This document shows, piece by piece, positions 48,060 through 57,880 of a stretch of DNA of 64,000 nt; the stretch's first letter is position 1; each line of letters opens with the position of its first letter. The translations under genes were made by a program, and so were the position numbers. The notes beneath the pieces are model-generated. The model saw nothing but the letters and a program-made list of their open reading frames with translations, did no database searches and was not told where the DNA came from. Where the stretch lies: NCBI GenBank assembly GCA_965223325.1, contig CBDCWI010000002.1, positions 3,296,001 to 3,360,000 on the forward strand, written 5' to 3'. The stretch comes from Candidatus Multivoradales bacterium. Lineage in GTDB: Bacteria > Acidobacteriota > Thermoanaerobaculia > Multivoradales > Multivoraceae.

Positions 48060-49211
48060 ATGTATCTCGCCCACTTCGGCTTTCGCGAAAAGCCCTTCGA
48101 ACTCAGCCCTGATCCCCGCTACCTCTATCTCAGTGCGCAGCACGAAGAGGCACTGACCGCACTCAAGTACGGGATCTGGCAGAGGCGCGGCCTCATCCGC
48201 CTCACCGGAGCGGTTGGTACGGGCAAGTCGACCTTGATTCGCGCGCTGATGGAGAACCTCGACGTCTCGATTCAGACAGTCTGGATCCACCACACAACGC
48301 TCGAGCCGATCGAGTTCCTGCGCATGGTCGTTGACGACCTCGGGATCGAATCGGCCAGCAACGACCGAGTCGACCTGATTCATGCGGCACACGACTTCCT
48401 GGTCACCGAAGCCGCCGCTTCACGACCCGCTCCGGTGCTGCTGGTCGATGAAGCGCAAAACCTCTCAGATCAGGTCCTCGAGGAGATCCGGCTGCTGTCG
48501 AATGTCGAAACCGATCAGCGCAAGCTGCTTCAGGTCGTCCTCGCCGGACAGCCGGAGCTCGAACGCCGTCTCGACCAGGAGCACCTTCGAAACTTCGCTC
48601 AGCGCATCGCAGTTCGGGCCTGGCTGCAACCGATGGGTCCTGAAGATACGCACGAGTACATTCAGCACCGGCTCTCGCGCGCCGGCAGCACCGACCCCTA
48701 CCTCTTCAACGCCGAGGTCTGCCGACTGATCTGGGAAGCCTCGGGGGGAGTCCCCAGGCGCATCAACTTGGTCGCCGAACAGTGCCTGGTCTACACCTAC
48801 GCCGGCGGCGACCCGCGGGTTGAACTGGCGATCGCCAAGGAAGCGATTGCCGACCTCGAGGTTCGCTCGCCGGAGGCGGCTGTCGAAGTCGAAGCCAGCG
48901 AGAGCGAGCCCGTCCAGGCGAGGGTGACCCACAGTGCCTCGTTCGAGGTCCCCAGGGCCGACCCGCGAGTCGAGCGCAACAGCGTCGCAGTCTTGCTGCT
49001 CTGGGTGCTCGCTCTGGCGGCGAGCCTGGCGGGCGATTGGGGAGCTGCTAACGAGACCCTGGCGTGGATCGTGCGGGTCGTTCTGGCCATCGGCTGTCTC
49101 GTACTGCCGTTCTTCCTCGGCCTGGTCGGTCCGCGCCGGCGCAAGCCCCGCGCCTGGGAAGGTGGTTTGCCACTACAAACGATTCCGACAGAGCGGGAGG
49201 AGCCTTCATGA
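48060..49211 (+). CDS. ExeA/GspA-family AAA ATPase with C-terminal TM helices
   Basis: MYLAHFGFREKPF..PDP, GAVGTGKS, VDEAQ, GQPEL, GVPRRIN. Confidence 0.88.
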   Translation: MYLAHFGFREKPFELSPDPRYLYLSAQHEEALTALKYGIWQRRGLIRLTGAVGTGKSTLIRALMENLDVSIQTVWIHHTTLEPIEFLRMVVDDLGIESASNDRVDLIHAAHDFLVTEAAASRPAPVLLVDEAQNLSDQVLEEIRLLSNVETDQRKLLQVVLAGQPELERRLDQEHLRNFAQRIAVRAWLQPMGPEDTHEYIQHRLSRAGSTDPYLFNAEVCRLIWEASGGVPRRINLVAEQCLVYTYAGGDPRVELAIAKEAIADLEVRSPEAAVEVEASESEPVQARVTHSASFEVPRADPRVERNSVAVLLLWVLALAASLAGDWGAANETLAWIVRVVLAIGCLVLPFFLGLVGPRRRKPRAWEGGLPLQTIPTEREEPS

Positions 49212-49948
49212 GCCGCCTCTATGACGCCATGAAGCGAGCCTCGCAAGCTGATGACCGCCAACTCGTGGCGAGATCCGGGAAGGATGATGCCCCGACTGTT
49301 GCTCTGGTTCCGGCCGGCGGTGACCTCGTACCCGGCCGCCACCCCGAGGCCGCACGCCGGCTACTCGCTCTACCCAGGGCCGAGCGACCACGGGTGATCG
49401 TGGTCGTCGGGGTGCACGCCGGCTGCGGCGCCAGCACCGTCGCCAGAGACCTGGCAAGTGCCCTCGGCCGCGGCGGTGCAAGGCGGGTGCTGCTAGTCGA
49501 TGCCAATCTCTATCGGCCATCACAACACGAAATGGCTGGAGTCACCCGCGGCAACGGCCTGAGCGAGATTCTCGCCCGCCGTGAGAGCTACGAGGCCGCC
49601 GTGCGGCGCGCAGGCGAGAGCTTCTCGCTGCTCACCTCTGGACGCCCGGTCAGCGAGCCCAGCGCACTCATCGAGGGCGTCGGTATGAACGAGCTGGTTG
49701 AACGCCTGCGGGCGGACTATGACTATGTGATCTTCGACGCTCCCAGCGCCAGCGAGCATCCCGACTCCGCCATCCTCGCCGGCCATGCTGACGCCTCGAT
49801 GCTGGTGGTCGAAAGCGACACCACCCGCAAAGACGAGGCCCTGGCAGCTCGCCAGGTCCTCGAAGCCAGCGGAGTGCCGATCATGGGGGTGGTTCTCAAC
49901 CGCCGCAAGTCAATCCTTCCCAAGTGGCTCCTGCGCTGGCTCGGCTGA
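49208..49948 (+). CDS. CpsD/CapB-family tyrosine kinase homolog (degenerate Walker A)
   Basis: ATGA overlap with ATPase; VLLVDANL, YVIFDAP, GVVLN; Walker A reads GCGAST. Confidence 0.82.
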   Translation: MSRLYDAMKRASQADDRQLVARSGKDDAPTVALVPAGGDLVPGRHPEAARRLLALPRAERPRVIVVVGVHAGCGASTVARDLASALGRGGARRVLLVDANLYRPSQHEMAGVTRGNGLSEILARRESYEAAVRRAGESFSLLTSGRPVSEPSALIEGVGMNELVERLRADYDYVIFDAPSASEHPDSAILAGHADASMLVVESDTTRKDEALAARQVLEASGVPIMGVVLNRRKSILPKWLLRWLG

Positions 49949-50046
49949 GAGGTCGGGAACTCTCTACCGAGCGCTAGCTCTTAGAACAGCCCGACAGGGC
50001 TTTGACCGCAGCGCCAGCGCGCTTTCCTCTTCAACCGGGAGTAGAC

Positions 50047-53000
50047 TCACCGGCCATACCACTGCTTCCAGTCGCGCTGCTCGACACACACCGGCACACG
50101 TGCCAGGTACTCCATGCCGGTATCTGAGCGCTGGGCCTTGAGGTTGATCGAGACGTTCGGGAAACGGCAGTTCCTGGGCATCAGGTCCTTGAGCTTCTGC
50201 TCGATCTCCTGAAGGCTGACTTCGGTGTCCGGATCGGGTGCAACGTCGACTCCGGTCGTCGAGGTGTACTCAGCGAACGGATCCGAAACGAAGCCCTCGA
50301 CTGCACGGTAGCGGTCATGGTCACCGTCTCGATCGGTCAACGCGTTGCCGCTGCCAGTGAAGAAGGTGTAGAGGTGGCTGACCCCGGCGTTCTTGCACTC
50401 GCCGTCTTCGACGACCTGGTTGGGAACGAAGGTGGTAAAGACCGTAAGCCCCGTGAGCGTGAACGGCTTCGAAATCAAGCGCTCGTTCTCCTGCATGACG
50501 ATGTAGTACCCAGGCAAGTCGGTGTTGGGCATGGACTGTTGCAGCAGATCGTCGCCATCACCGTCGTCTGGAGCAATGGGGTGGAGAGCCACCTCGGTCC
50601 ACGGTGACGTCATTGTGTCGGCCGTGAAGCCAGTGTCGGTGAAGACATAGAAGCGCCCTTCCGGTTGCTCTGACCAGAGGTCGGCCCGGTCACCTGTCCC
50701 GAACGCCACGGCGTACTTCTGGCGATTCGCCATCCACACGGCGTTGGGCGAGTAGAAGATCGGCCGGCCGTCGGTGTCGAAGATCTCGAAAGCCCGCCAT
50801 TCATCGGTCGGCACACGTTCGTCGCCGGTGTTCGCGTCGACGACCAGGTCGACGGTCTCACGCAGATCGATCTTGTAGAGGAAACCGTTTCTCGTGCCAA
50901 AGTAGACGGTGTCGATGTACCCGTCGCCATTGGCGTCGAGAGCCGACGGCGTTCCGGGGACCTGGCCCCTCAAGTGGCGTTTGTAGACGGCTTTGCCGGT
51001 TTCGATGTCGACCATATAAAAGGTACGGCCGGCGTCCTGGTTGTCAGGATCGTCATCCAGTCCGCCTCCGAACATCGCGACGAAGCGCCCATCACCGATT
51101 CGAACGCGACCGAATGCCGGCTTCGACCAGGTGAAGGCGAGGTCTGGTGCCTCGTCCTCGAGCGACGGGTCGTCGGTCAGGCCGGGGGCGTTCTCGTTGC
51201 GCGGTAGCCCATCCGGGCCGAGGTCCGAGAACTCCCACCGGACCGCCGGGTAGGGAAGCGGCCCACACCCGGTGAGTCCAGGTACGGCACAAGCCGGAAC
51301 ATAGTCGGTTGCCGTCTGGTCCGGCGGCACCATGGCGTCGAGGTTCGAGTGCTGACTCGTTGGATCGGGGTTGGTGATGTCCAGCGCCCAGTAGCCCTTG
51401 CCACCGCGCCGCATGCCGCCAATCGCAAACGAGCGCCACTCGCGTTCGTCGGGATCTGGCGCAACGCCGAAAGCGGGGTCTACGAAAGCGTCGATGTTGG
51501 CTGCGATCTGGCCGTCAACCCCCCAGTCGTGCTTCGACGAGCGCTCGACCAGCCGCTCCTCGGCGGTCTGCAACATCGCATTTGGCATGTAGGCAAAGAG
51601 CTCTTTGCCAGTACCGTAGGTGAACTCGAGCTCACCGAGCGACTGAACTCCAGTGCTCTTGAGGCGACCCGCATCGAAGGCGTGCACCATGCCGTCGTTC
51701 GACCCAGCAAGGACGATATGGCGACGGTAGCGCTGCCGCTGCCAGTAGCAGCGGTAGCCTCGAGCGTCGTTGTTGAAATCACCGTCGATCCAACAGGCTT
51801 CACCGGGAGTTCCGAAGAGATTGGCCGCGATGTACTCGAGCTGGCTCGGAGAACCAACAAACGTCGGGCTGGAGTGGAAGATGTCTCCGAGACCAAAGGT
51901 CTCATCGATGCCATCGCGGTTTTCTCCGCTGCGCTGCCTGAGGATGTCGCCGACCAGAGCGCTCGCCAGGTTGAGGGGCACCGGATCGGTCATCACGGTC
52001 GCCGGATCATGTGGAATGCCGAGCTGGCCCCACAGTTCCTGGCGCACGGCCTCGTCTGCGGGATCGGGCAGCAGGAGCTCCTGCTGCCAGGGAATACCAC
52101 CGGCTAGCGGCTCAAAGCCCCAGACGACGCGACGCTGGTTGGCCTCGTAACCGATCTTGTAGTCGCCAGCGGCTGCCTCGAGCCCCGTCGGCATGATCTC
52201 GAGCAGTTCGCCGCCCGCCTCCCAGGCGAAGCAACCTGAGTCGCCCGTGCTGCACACGTTTCCCTCGTAGGGAATCATGTTTCCGTCGTCGTCCTCGACG
52301 AACTCCAGTGGCCGTCGGAAGGCCGCCAGGCGCCCCTTCCAGTACGGAGCTTTGGCAAGAGGGATGAAACTCGGTACGAAAATGAAGTCGCGTGAATCGA
52401 CCTGCTCAAGGGGTACCGAGGGCGAAGAGAACGCTCCGCGCCCAGTGCCGATGCTTTCGAGAATGCCTAGCAAGGCATTGCGGAGCCGTTCTTCGTCGTC
52501 GGCAATGACCGGTCCAGGGCAGAGGTTCTTCTCGACTTCGACCCCCGGCGCCGTTTCTTCCTTGTAGTTGAACGACTGGCAGTCCATGCCGTAGGCATCG
52601 TCGGTGATGGTGTCGAGCTGGCCAGTACCACCGCTATCGGCAATTCCTTGCAGGGCACTTGCGCCAACGTTGCCAAACCCGATGACAAAAGTGCGAACGC
52701 CTTCGGCGAGCAGCCCGGCCGCTGCCAATGGAGCGCCGCCGTCACAGGTGTCGGCACCGTCAGTTACCAGGATCACGTACTTCTTGCGGCAGTCGAATGC
52801 CGGGTCACCGTCTTCTGGATCCTGGGCAAGCGGCTTCCACGTCTGGTACCAGGCCAGCAGATCGCGCAACGAGGCACCGAGGGGTGTCAGATTGGCAAAG
52901 CCGAAGGGCGGCGTATCTTCGTACTGGGGCCGTAGCTTGAGGTGGCCTCCGTTTGGCTGGTTCTCGAAGTACGGCCCCATTCGCAGTAGCGGATCGACGC

Positions 53001-54021
53001 CGAGGTCGAGTTGGCCGTTCTCGAAGATGTTGGGTGCCAGGCGACGCAGAAACTCATCGCGGTTCGACAACTCGAACCCGGCGGGTGGCGTGTCGGGGTC
53101 ATCGCCCCAGCTCTTCCAGTCCCATGGCAGCATGTCGCCGCGGTCGAGAGGCGAAACACCGCTGAACGTGCCGCGACCAAGAGGGTCGGGAAACGTCGTA
53201 TAGGAAGTCGGGCCGTCACCGTCGCCAGAGTTGTCCTCCCAACCGTCACAGGGCTTACCATGGCCGTACGACGAGACGTAGTCGGCGCGGGTCACTGTGC
53301 GGCCTGAGCTGTCCACGTCCTGGAAGGGAACGAAGCGTAGGGTCTCAGTGCCGAAGGCATTCCCGCCACAGGTCTTGACCTTGACCTTGACTTCGATCGC
53401 AGGGCCGAGCTCTTCGCTGTTGTCGAGCCCCTTCAGCTCGAAGTCGTAGGTGTTGCTACCCGAGGCAATGAAGAGATGGGTGGTGTCGTTGCCGTTCCAC
53501 CCCATCTTGCCCAAACGGTCATCGGCGTTCTGGCGGGTGTGTCCGTTGCTACACGACCCCATGTCCGCACCACTCGAGCCACCGAACTGAATCGGGGTTC
53601 CGTGGCGCGGCCACTCCACCTGGTCGTACCAGGGGAGGTCGTCGGTATCTTGTGCTGGGTCGAGCTTGTAGACGAAGCGCTTCTGGTACGCCTTGGGGTT
53701 GGGGGTGGCGAAATGCGCAAAGCCGACGCGCGCCCGCTCGTCGAGCGAGCTGACCACGTCGTAGACCGCCGACTTGGCAATGTAGGCCTTCGAGTTGGTG
53801 TCTTCGAACCTGTAGGGCAGGGCAAGATCATCGACGTCCCAGTTCATCGAGCCCGAGGTGTCGAGAATGATGAACAGGTTGGGACTCTCGCCACTCGAGA
53901 GGACGAGGTCTCGGTCGTCCGCCGCCTGAAGGCCGGACGCCGCAATCGCAAGCAGTACAAGAACGGGAGCCGACAGCCGGTTTCTGCGGCGGTGGCTCCT
54001 CTTTGGGGAGATGGATTGCAT
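50047..54021 (-). CDS. pilY1: Type IV pilus tip adhesin PilY1/PilC with vWA domain
   Basis: Signal peptide; MIDAS ILDTSGSM and LVTDG; LGDIFHSSP, GSNDGMVHAFD, GKELFAYMP, GGMRRGG, Ca-loop DANGDGYID. Confidence 0.88.
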   Translation of the reverse strand: MQSISPKRSHRRRNRLSAPVLVLLAIAASGLQAADDRDLVLSSGESPNLFIILDTSGSMNWDVDDLALPYRFEDTNSKAYIAKSAVYDVVSSLDERARVGFAHFATPNPKAYQKRFVYKLDPAQDTDDLPWYDQVEWPRHGTPIQFGGSSGADMGSCSNGHTRQNADDRLGKMGWNGNDTTHLFIASGSNTYDFELKGLDNSEELGPAIEVKVKVKTCGGNAFGTETLRFVPFQDVDSSGRTVTRADYVSSYGHGKPCDGWEDNSGDGDGPTSYTTFPDPLGRGTFSGVSPLDRGDMLPWDWKSWGDDPDTPPAGFELSNRDEFLRRLAPNIFENGQLDLGVDPLLRMGPYFENQPNGGHLKLRPQYEDTPPFGFANLTPLGASLRDLLAWYQTWKPLAQDPEDGDPAFDCRKKYVILVTDGADTCDGGAPLAAAGLLAEGVRTFVIGFGNVGASALQGIADSGGTGQLDTITDDAYGMDCQSFNYKEETAPGVEVEKNLCPGPVIADDEERLRNALLGILESIGTGRGAFSSPSVPLEQVDSRDFIFVPSFIPLAKAPYWKGRLAAFRRPLEFVEDDDGNMIPYEGNVCSTGDSGCFAWEAGGELLEIMPTGLEAAAGDYKIGYEANQRRVVWGFEPLAGGIPWQQELLLPDPADEAVRQELWGQLGIPHDPATVMTDPVPLNLASALVGDILRQRSGENRDGIDETFGLGDIFHSSPTFVGSPSQLEYIAANLFGTPGEACWIDGDFNNDARGYRCYWQRQRYRRHIVLAGSNDGMVHAFDAGRLKSTGVQSLGELEFTYGTGKELFAYMPNAMLQTAEERLVERSSKHDWGVDGQIAANIDAFVDPAFGVAPDPDEREWRSFAIGGMRRGGKGYWALDITNPDPTSQHSNLDAMVPPDQTATDYVPACAVPGLTGCGPLPYPAVRWEFSDLGPDGLPRNENAPGLTDDPSLEDEAPDLAFTWSKPAFGRVRIGDGRFVAMFGGGLDDDPDNQDAGRTFYMVDIETGKAVYKRHLRGQVPGTPSALDANGDGYIDTVYFGTRNGFLYKIDLRETVDLVVDANTGDERVPTDEWRAFEIFDTDGRPIFYSPNAVWMANRQKYAVAFGTGDRADLWSEQPEGRFYVFTDTGFTADTMTSPWTEVALHPIAPDDGDGDDLLQQSMPNTDLPGYYIVMQENERLISKPFTLTGLTVFTTFVPNQVVEDGECKNAGVSHLYTFFTGSGNALTDRDGDHDRYRAVEGFVSDPFAEYTSTTGVDVAPDPDTEVSLQEIEQKLKDLMPRNCRFPNVSINLKAQRSDTGMEYLARVPVCVEQRDWKQWYGR

Positions 54022-54114
54022 GGAGTACCTTGGATGAGAATGTAGAAAAGTGAGACGGGCTGGTTCTTGGTACTTGTCGCCCTCGGCCTCTGCGGCACCG
54101 GGCGGCGAAGAGAG

Positions 54115-54675
54115 CTACTGGAGGATCTCGGCGGCCTCGGACGGGGTCGCGAAAGCCTCGCCCGAGCCCGGCCACGGTTGCAGCTCGATCATCGAGCTGA
54201 CGGTGCTCCGAGCTGTCGGCATTCTGGTGTCTGTCGCGTCGAAGGAGAAGCGCGTCGCGCGCGACGCGAGTGCATGGGTGATCACTCGAAACTTCGGGCC
54301 ACCGTTCTCGGACATGCAGTAGTCACAAGGCGCGCTGTTGGTGACCGCGACCCGGGTCACCCGAACCTCATCGTCATAGCGACCGCGATTGCCGGTCGCT
54401 TCGGGACGCTCGGGAATCGTGATGGCAATCGGATCGTGGCGTCCCTGGTAGAGCAGTCGGGCTGTGCCGATCGCCAGGCCGGATTCGGCGGCATAGAAGA
54501 TGCGCTCTTGAGTACGCTCGTTGCTGCTGAGGATGAGCTCGGTCTGGCTGAAGAGAACCAGGGAGAGTCCCAGGGTGGTCATCACGAAGAGCACCATCAA
54601 GGTGACGACGAAGGCGCTGCCCGCTTCGCTGTGGCGATCTGCAGGGGTGACTTGCGGGCGAGAGAATTGGGGCAT
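54115..54675 (-). CDS. pilX: PilX-like minor pilin
   Basis: Class III signal EAG|SAFVVTLMVL (no Glu5), FYAAESGL; directly upstream of pilY1. Confidence 0.8.
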   Translation of the reverse strand: MPQFSRPQVTPADRHSEAGSAFVVTLMVLFVMTTLGLSLVLFSQTELILSSNERTQERIFYAAESGLAIGTARLLYQGRHDPIAITIPERPEATGNRGRYDDEVRVTRVAVTNSAPCDYCMSENGGPKFRVITHALASRATRFSFDATDTRMPTARSTVSSMIELQPWPGSGEAFATPSEAAEILQ

Positions 54676-54841
54676 GGAAGAAGGCTCCAGATAGGCTGTG
54701 GAGTTCAAGCGGTCGTGATACGCACGTCCAGTTGTTCTCACAGGAGTCACAGCACACGAGAATTGTTCCCCGTGCAGGCACATTTGTCAAAATCTCTATG
54801 TAGAATTCGCGCCATTCTACAGATTCTTGATCTCCCGGCGC

Positions 54842-55456
54842 TCAGCTGGCCAGGTAGCGCGTCATGCCGAGCTTGCCGGCACACTCGGCAAGGGCATCGT
54901 TGAGCTTCTGCCGCTGTCGATAGGTGCTCTTCATCGACCAGCCGGTGATCTTCGCGATCTCAGCCGGTGCATGGCCGTCCCAGTAGCGCAGCTTGTAGTA
55001 GAGGTAGACCTTCGAGCCCGCGCCTTCCAGGCACTCGTCGAGCAATTGCATCTCCTGGCGACTCATCACCTCTTCGGCTGGACCCGCTTTCGTTTCCTCC
55101 AGCCACTGGTCGTCGGGAAGCGGTTCGTCTTTCTTGCGCTTGAGTGATCGGCGCCGGTTGGCCGCCAACCCGCAGGCGAGGTCCCAGAGATGACGCTCGA
55201 GGCGCTCGGGAGTCTGGGCGTGCTCGGGAACCCGCTCGATGAAGTCTCGCAGCACCTTGGCGCCCTTCTGCAGGTAGAAGACGAACGAGTCCTGGAGAAG
55301 GTCCTCAGCGTCGATGCCACCCGGATATTGATAGCGGCTGCGCAGGCGACGATAGAGGCGGTCGCCGAAAGTATCGAACAGCCAGGCCGTTGCCGCACCG
55401 TCTCCCTTGACGATCCGGCGAAGGTTCCAGGGCACCTGATTGGCTTTCGAATTCAT
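54842..55456 (-). CDS. ECF sigma-70 factor
   Basis: Region 2 DAEDLLQDSF; region 4 EIAKITGWS.KS..RQ..KL. Confidence 0.8.
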   Translation of the reverse strand: MNSKANQVPWNLRRIVKGDGAATAWLFDTFGDRLYRRLRSRYQYPGGIDAEDLLQDSFVFYLQKGAKVLRDFIERVPEHAQTPERLERHLWDLACGLAANRRRSLKRKKDEPLPDDQWLEETKAGPAEEVMSRQEMQLLDECLEGAGSKVYLYYKLRYWDGHAPAEIAKITGWSMKSTYRQRQKLNDALAECAGKLGMTRYLAS

Positions 55457-55718
55457 GGCTGCTCGGTTTGGGGGTTGGGGCTCGGCACGGGCTGAGGGGT
55501 CTGGAGAGCAGATGGTCTGAAGAGACCGCTCCAGGAGAGGAGCTCGACCTTCTACCCCAACGGCCTGTCATGGCCATCGACGGCGGCGCTACGATACGCG
55601 CGCAGTCCAGAGGGGCGCAAGCGGGGGCGGCTCGATGAAACTGTGATACCCTGTATAGCTGGTTGCACGACTCGCCGTCGAGGTCCTGCTACCGCTTCTA
55701 CTCCCTTCGCAATATGCT

Positions 55719-56303
55719 TTGGATGAACTCCCGAGGGCCGAAATGATGAAAACGCGCTCCCAACCCGCCGCAACTGACCTGTCGCTGCGCTCTCGCGCCA
55801 GTGTCTCCACCGTGCTCCTGCTTCTTGCAGCTGGGTTCGTACTCGCCATCATGGCCACCCCCGCAACGGCCGCCGGCTATCGCATCCTGCTTCACAACGG
55901 CAACGAGTTCGTCTCGAAGTACCAGCCGGTCGAGGCTCACTTCGACCCCAACATCGTTCTCATCATGACCGATGTCGGCAACATCATTTCGCTTTCGCGT
56001 GACGATGTCTCGGAGATCACCCACGACCTCGAAGTGCGTGGGTTTGGCCGCGTGATCGACACCACGACGATCGAGGTCGGTTGGTCACCCAACGACGCTC
56101 CGGTAGAAGGTGCCGAGGGCGCTGAAGGTGAACTTCAGCCCGGTCAGATGATGGGCGGCGCCGCGATGCAGCAGATGATGCTGGAACAGCTCAACGCGCC
56201 TCCTCCGGTCTTCAACAATCCGCTGGTCGGCGAGCCCAACAGTGGCGGCGGAATTCCGGTTGGGATGGCAACCTCGGGCTACGTACCGATCTCGAACAAC
56301 TAG
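55719..56303 (+). CDS. Secreted hypothetical protein
   Basis: Signal peptide (..ATAA), beta-rich core, low-complexity tail. Confidence 0.65.
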   Translation: MDELPRAEMMKTRSQPAATDLSLRSRASVSTVLLLLAAGFVLAIMATPATAAGYRILLHNGNEFVSKYQPVEAHFDPNIVLIMTDVGNIISLSRDDVSEITHDLEVRGFGRVIDTTTIEVGWSPNDAPVEGAEGAEGELQPGQMMGGAAMQQMMLEQLNAPPPVFNNPLVGEPNSGGGIPVGMATSGYVPISNN

Positions 56304-56354
56304 CGATCTGAGCCGAAACCGGCCAGAGAGAGGTAGGCGGCCGGCGCTCTTCGA

Positions 56355-56591
56355 ATGCCCTTTTCCCTCGCGCTTCACTTTGTCGTCGTCGCCGCTGTTG
56401 CTGGCCTGTCGACGGCGGGATTCTACTTCCTCCGAGGCTACCCCTTGCTTCTGGCAGTAGCATCGGGACTGGCGCTCGGTGCGTTCGCCTTTCTCGCCAT
56501 ACGCACCGCGGTTCGGCTCTACCGTGAGCTCACGACGCCGGTGATGGAGGTCGAGCGGTCACAAGACGGCGGGGACGAGGGGTCGCGCTGA
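56355..56591 (+). CDS. Small two-TM membrane protein
   Basis: Two hydrophobic helices; stop overlaps next gene start. Confidence 0.6.
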   Translation: MPFSLALHFVVVAAVAGLSTAGFYFLRGYPLLLAVASGLALGAFAFLAIRTAVRLYRELTTPVMEVERSQDGGDEGSR

Positions 56592-57163
56592 AGCCGCCAA
56601 GAAAATGGTCCATCGCCGGCACGCACAGAATCTATGACCACGCCGTGCTGGGTCTCGAGGAGCGCGACCTCGAGGCCGACAACGGCGACCGGCGACGCGC
56701 GGTGGTCATCGACTGCGCCGACTGGGTCAACATCGTCGCTTTGGTCGAAGGGGACCGGCCCGAACCGGCGATGGTCATGGTTCGGCAATGGCGATTCGGC
56801 ATCGGCGATTTCACTCTCGAGGTCCCGGGGGGCATGGTCGACCCCGGCGAAGAGGCGAGCCAGGCGGCCCTAAGAGAACTCGAGGAGGAAACCGGCTATC
56901 GCGCTCGAGAGGTCACATACCTGGGCGTCGTCGAGCCCAACCCTGCCCTGCAGTCGAACCGAACGACCAGCTGGCTTGCGACTGGCCTCGCGAAGACCGG
57001 CGGCCCACAAGGCGACGGCGACGAGGAGCTCGAGGTTCTCGAGGTCCCCCTCTCGGAGGTCGAAAAGCGGGTGGCAAGGGGAGAGATCCGCCACGCTCTC
57101 GTGCTTTCGGCCCTCTTCTGGTGGCAGCGACATCGGGACGGAGGCGAACTCGACCGACGCTAG
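56588..57163 (+). CDS. NUDIX hydrolase (ADP-ribose pyrophosphatase-like)
   Basis: Nudix box GGMVDPGEEASQAALRELEEETGY; probable CTG start at 56588 (ORF track uses GTG 56645). Confidence 0.88.
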   Translation: MKPPRKWSIAGTHRIYDHAVLGLEERDLEADNGDRRRAVVIDCADWVNIVALVEGDRPEPAMVMVRQWRFGIGDFTLEVPGGMVDPGEEASQAALRELEEETGYRAREVTYLGVVEPNPALQSNRTTSWLATGLAKTGGPQGDGDEELEVLEVPLSEVEKRVARGEIRHALVLSALFWWQRHRDGGELDRR

Positions 57164-57200
57164 CAGCCCGCAGTGGAAGCGATTCCGGTAGCCTCACGCC

Positions 57201-57692
57201 ATGCTTCGAGAAACCCCGACGTCGGCGCGTGTAGCCCTCCGTCCCCTCGCCGTTCTGCTGGTCCTCGGATGCGCCGCTGGCGGCTGCGCGACCGACCCTC
57301 TGCAAGAACCCGAGCAACTCGACGTCGAGGTGATCGATGCGGGGCCCACCGCCAACCTGGGGAGGTTCGCTGAAGGCGAAAGAGACGGCGCCGGGCCAAG
57401 CGGTAAGACACCGCCGGCTGCCCTGGTAGGGCTCCTGCCGGGAAGCTTCCCCAGCGACCTTCCGGTGTTCGAGGGCGCCAGCGTTCTCGACTATCAGCTG
57501 GGCAAGCCAGGCGAGCGAAGCGTGGTCCTCGGAACCCAGAGCCCGAAGGGCAACATCGAGAGCTGGATCAAGACGCGGCTGCCCGCCGCTGGATGGTCCA
57601 GCTCTCGCGGCAGCTGGCAGAAGGGCAACCAGGTCGTCGAGATCTCGGTGCATGAAACCGCCGGAGGTACCGAGGTTCACTACACCTATTAA
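57201..57692 (+). CDS. Hypothetical lipoprotein
   Basis: AGGC lipobox; LPGSFPSDLPV motif. Confidence 0.65.
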   Translation: MLRETPTSARVALRPLAVLLVLGCAAGGCATDPLQEPEQLDVEVIDAGPTANLGRFAEGERDGAGPSGKTPPAALVGLLPGSFPSDLPVFEGASVLDYQLGKPGERSVVLGTQSPKGNIESWIKTRLPAAGWSSSRGSWQKGNQVVEISVHETAGGTEVHYTY

Positions 57693-57721
57693 GCGCCCTC
57701 TAGAAGACGAACTCTCGCTAG

Positions 57722-57880
57722 TACCCCGTACCATTGAAACGGATAGTGGCTGAGCGGATGATCGTGCTCGAGATCAAGGCGTCACGACGCAGGCATATTG
57801 GTGATCTGTCGAGGAGTGACAACACAGAGATCGAGCGCGAGGACCGCGCAGACGCTGTGCGTTTCCAATGGTACGGGGTA
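57722..57880. mobile_element. MITE (159 bp) with ~19-20-bp terminal inverted repeats and CTAG flanks
   Basis: CTAG|TACCCCGTACCATTGAAAC ... GTTTCCAATGGTACGGGGTA|CTAG. Confidence 0.8.
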
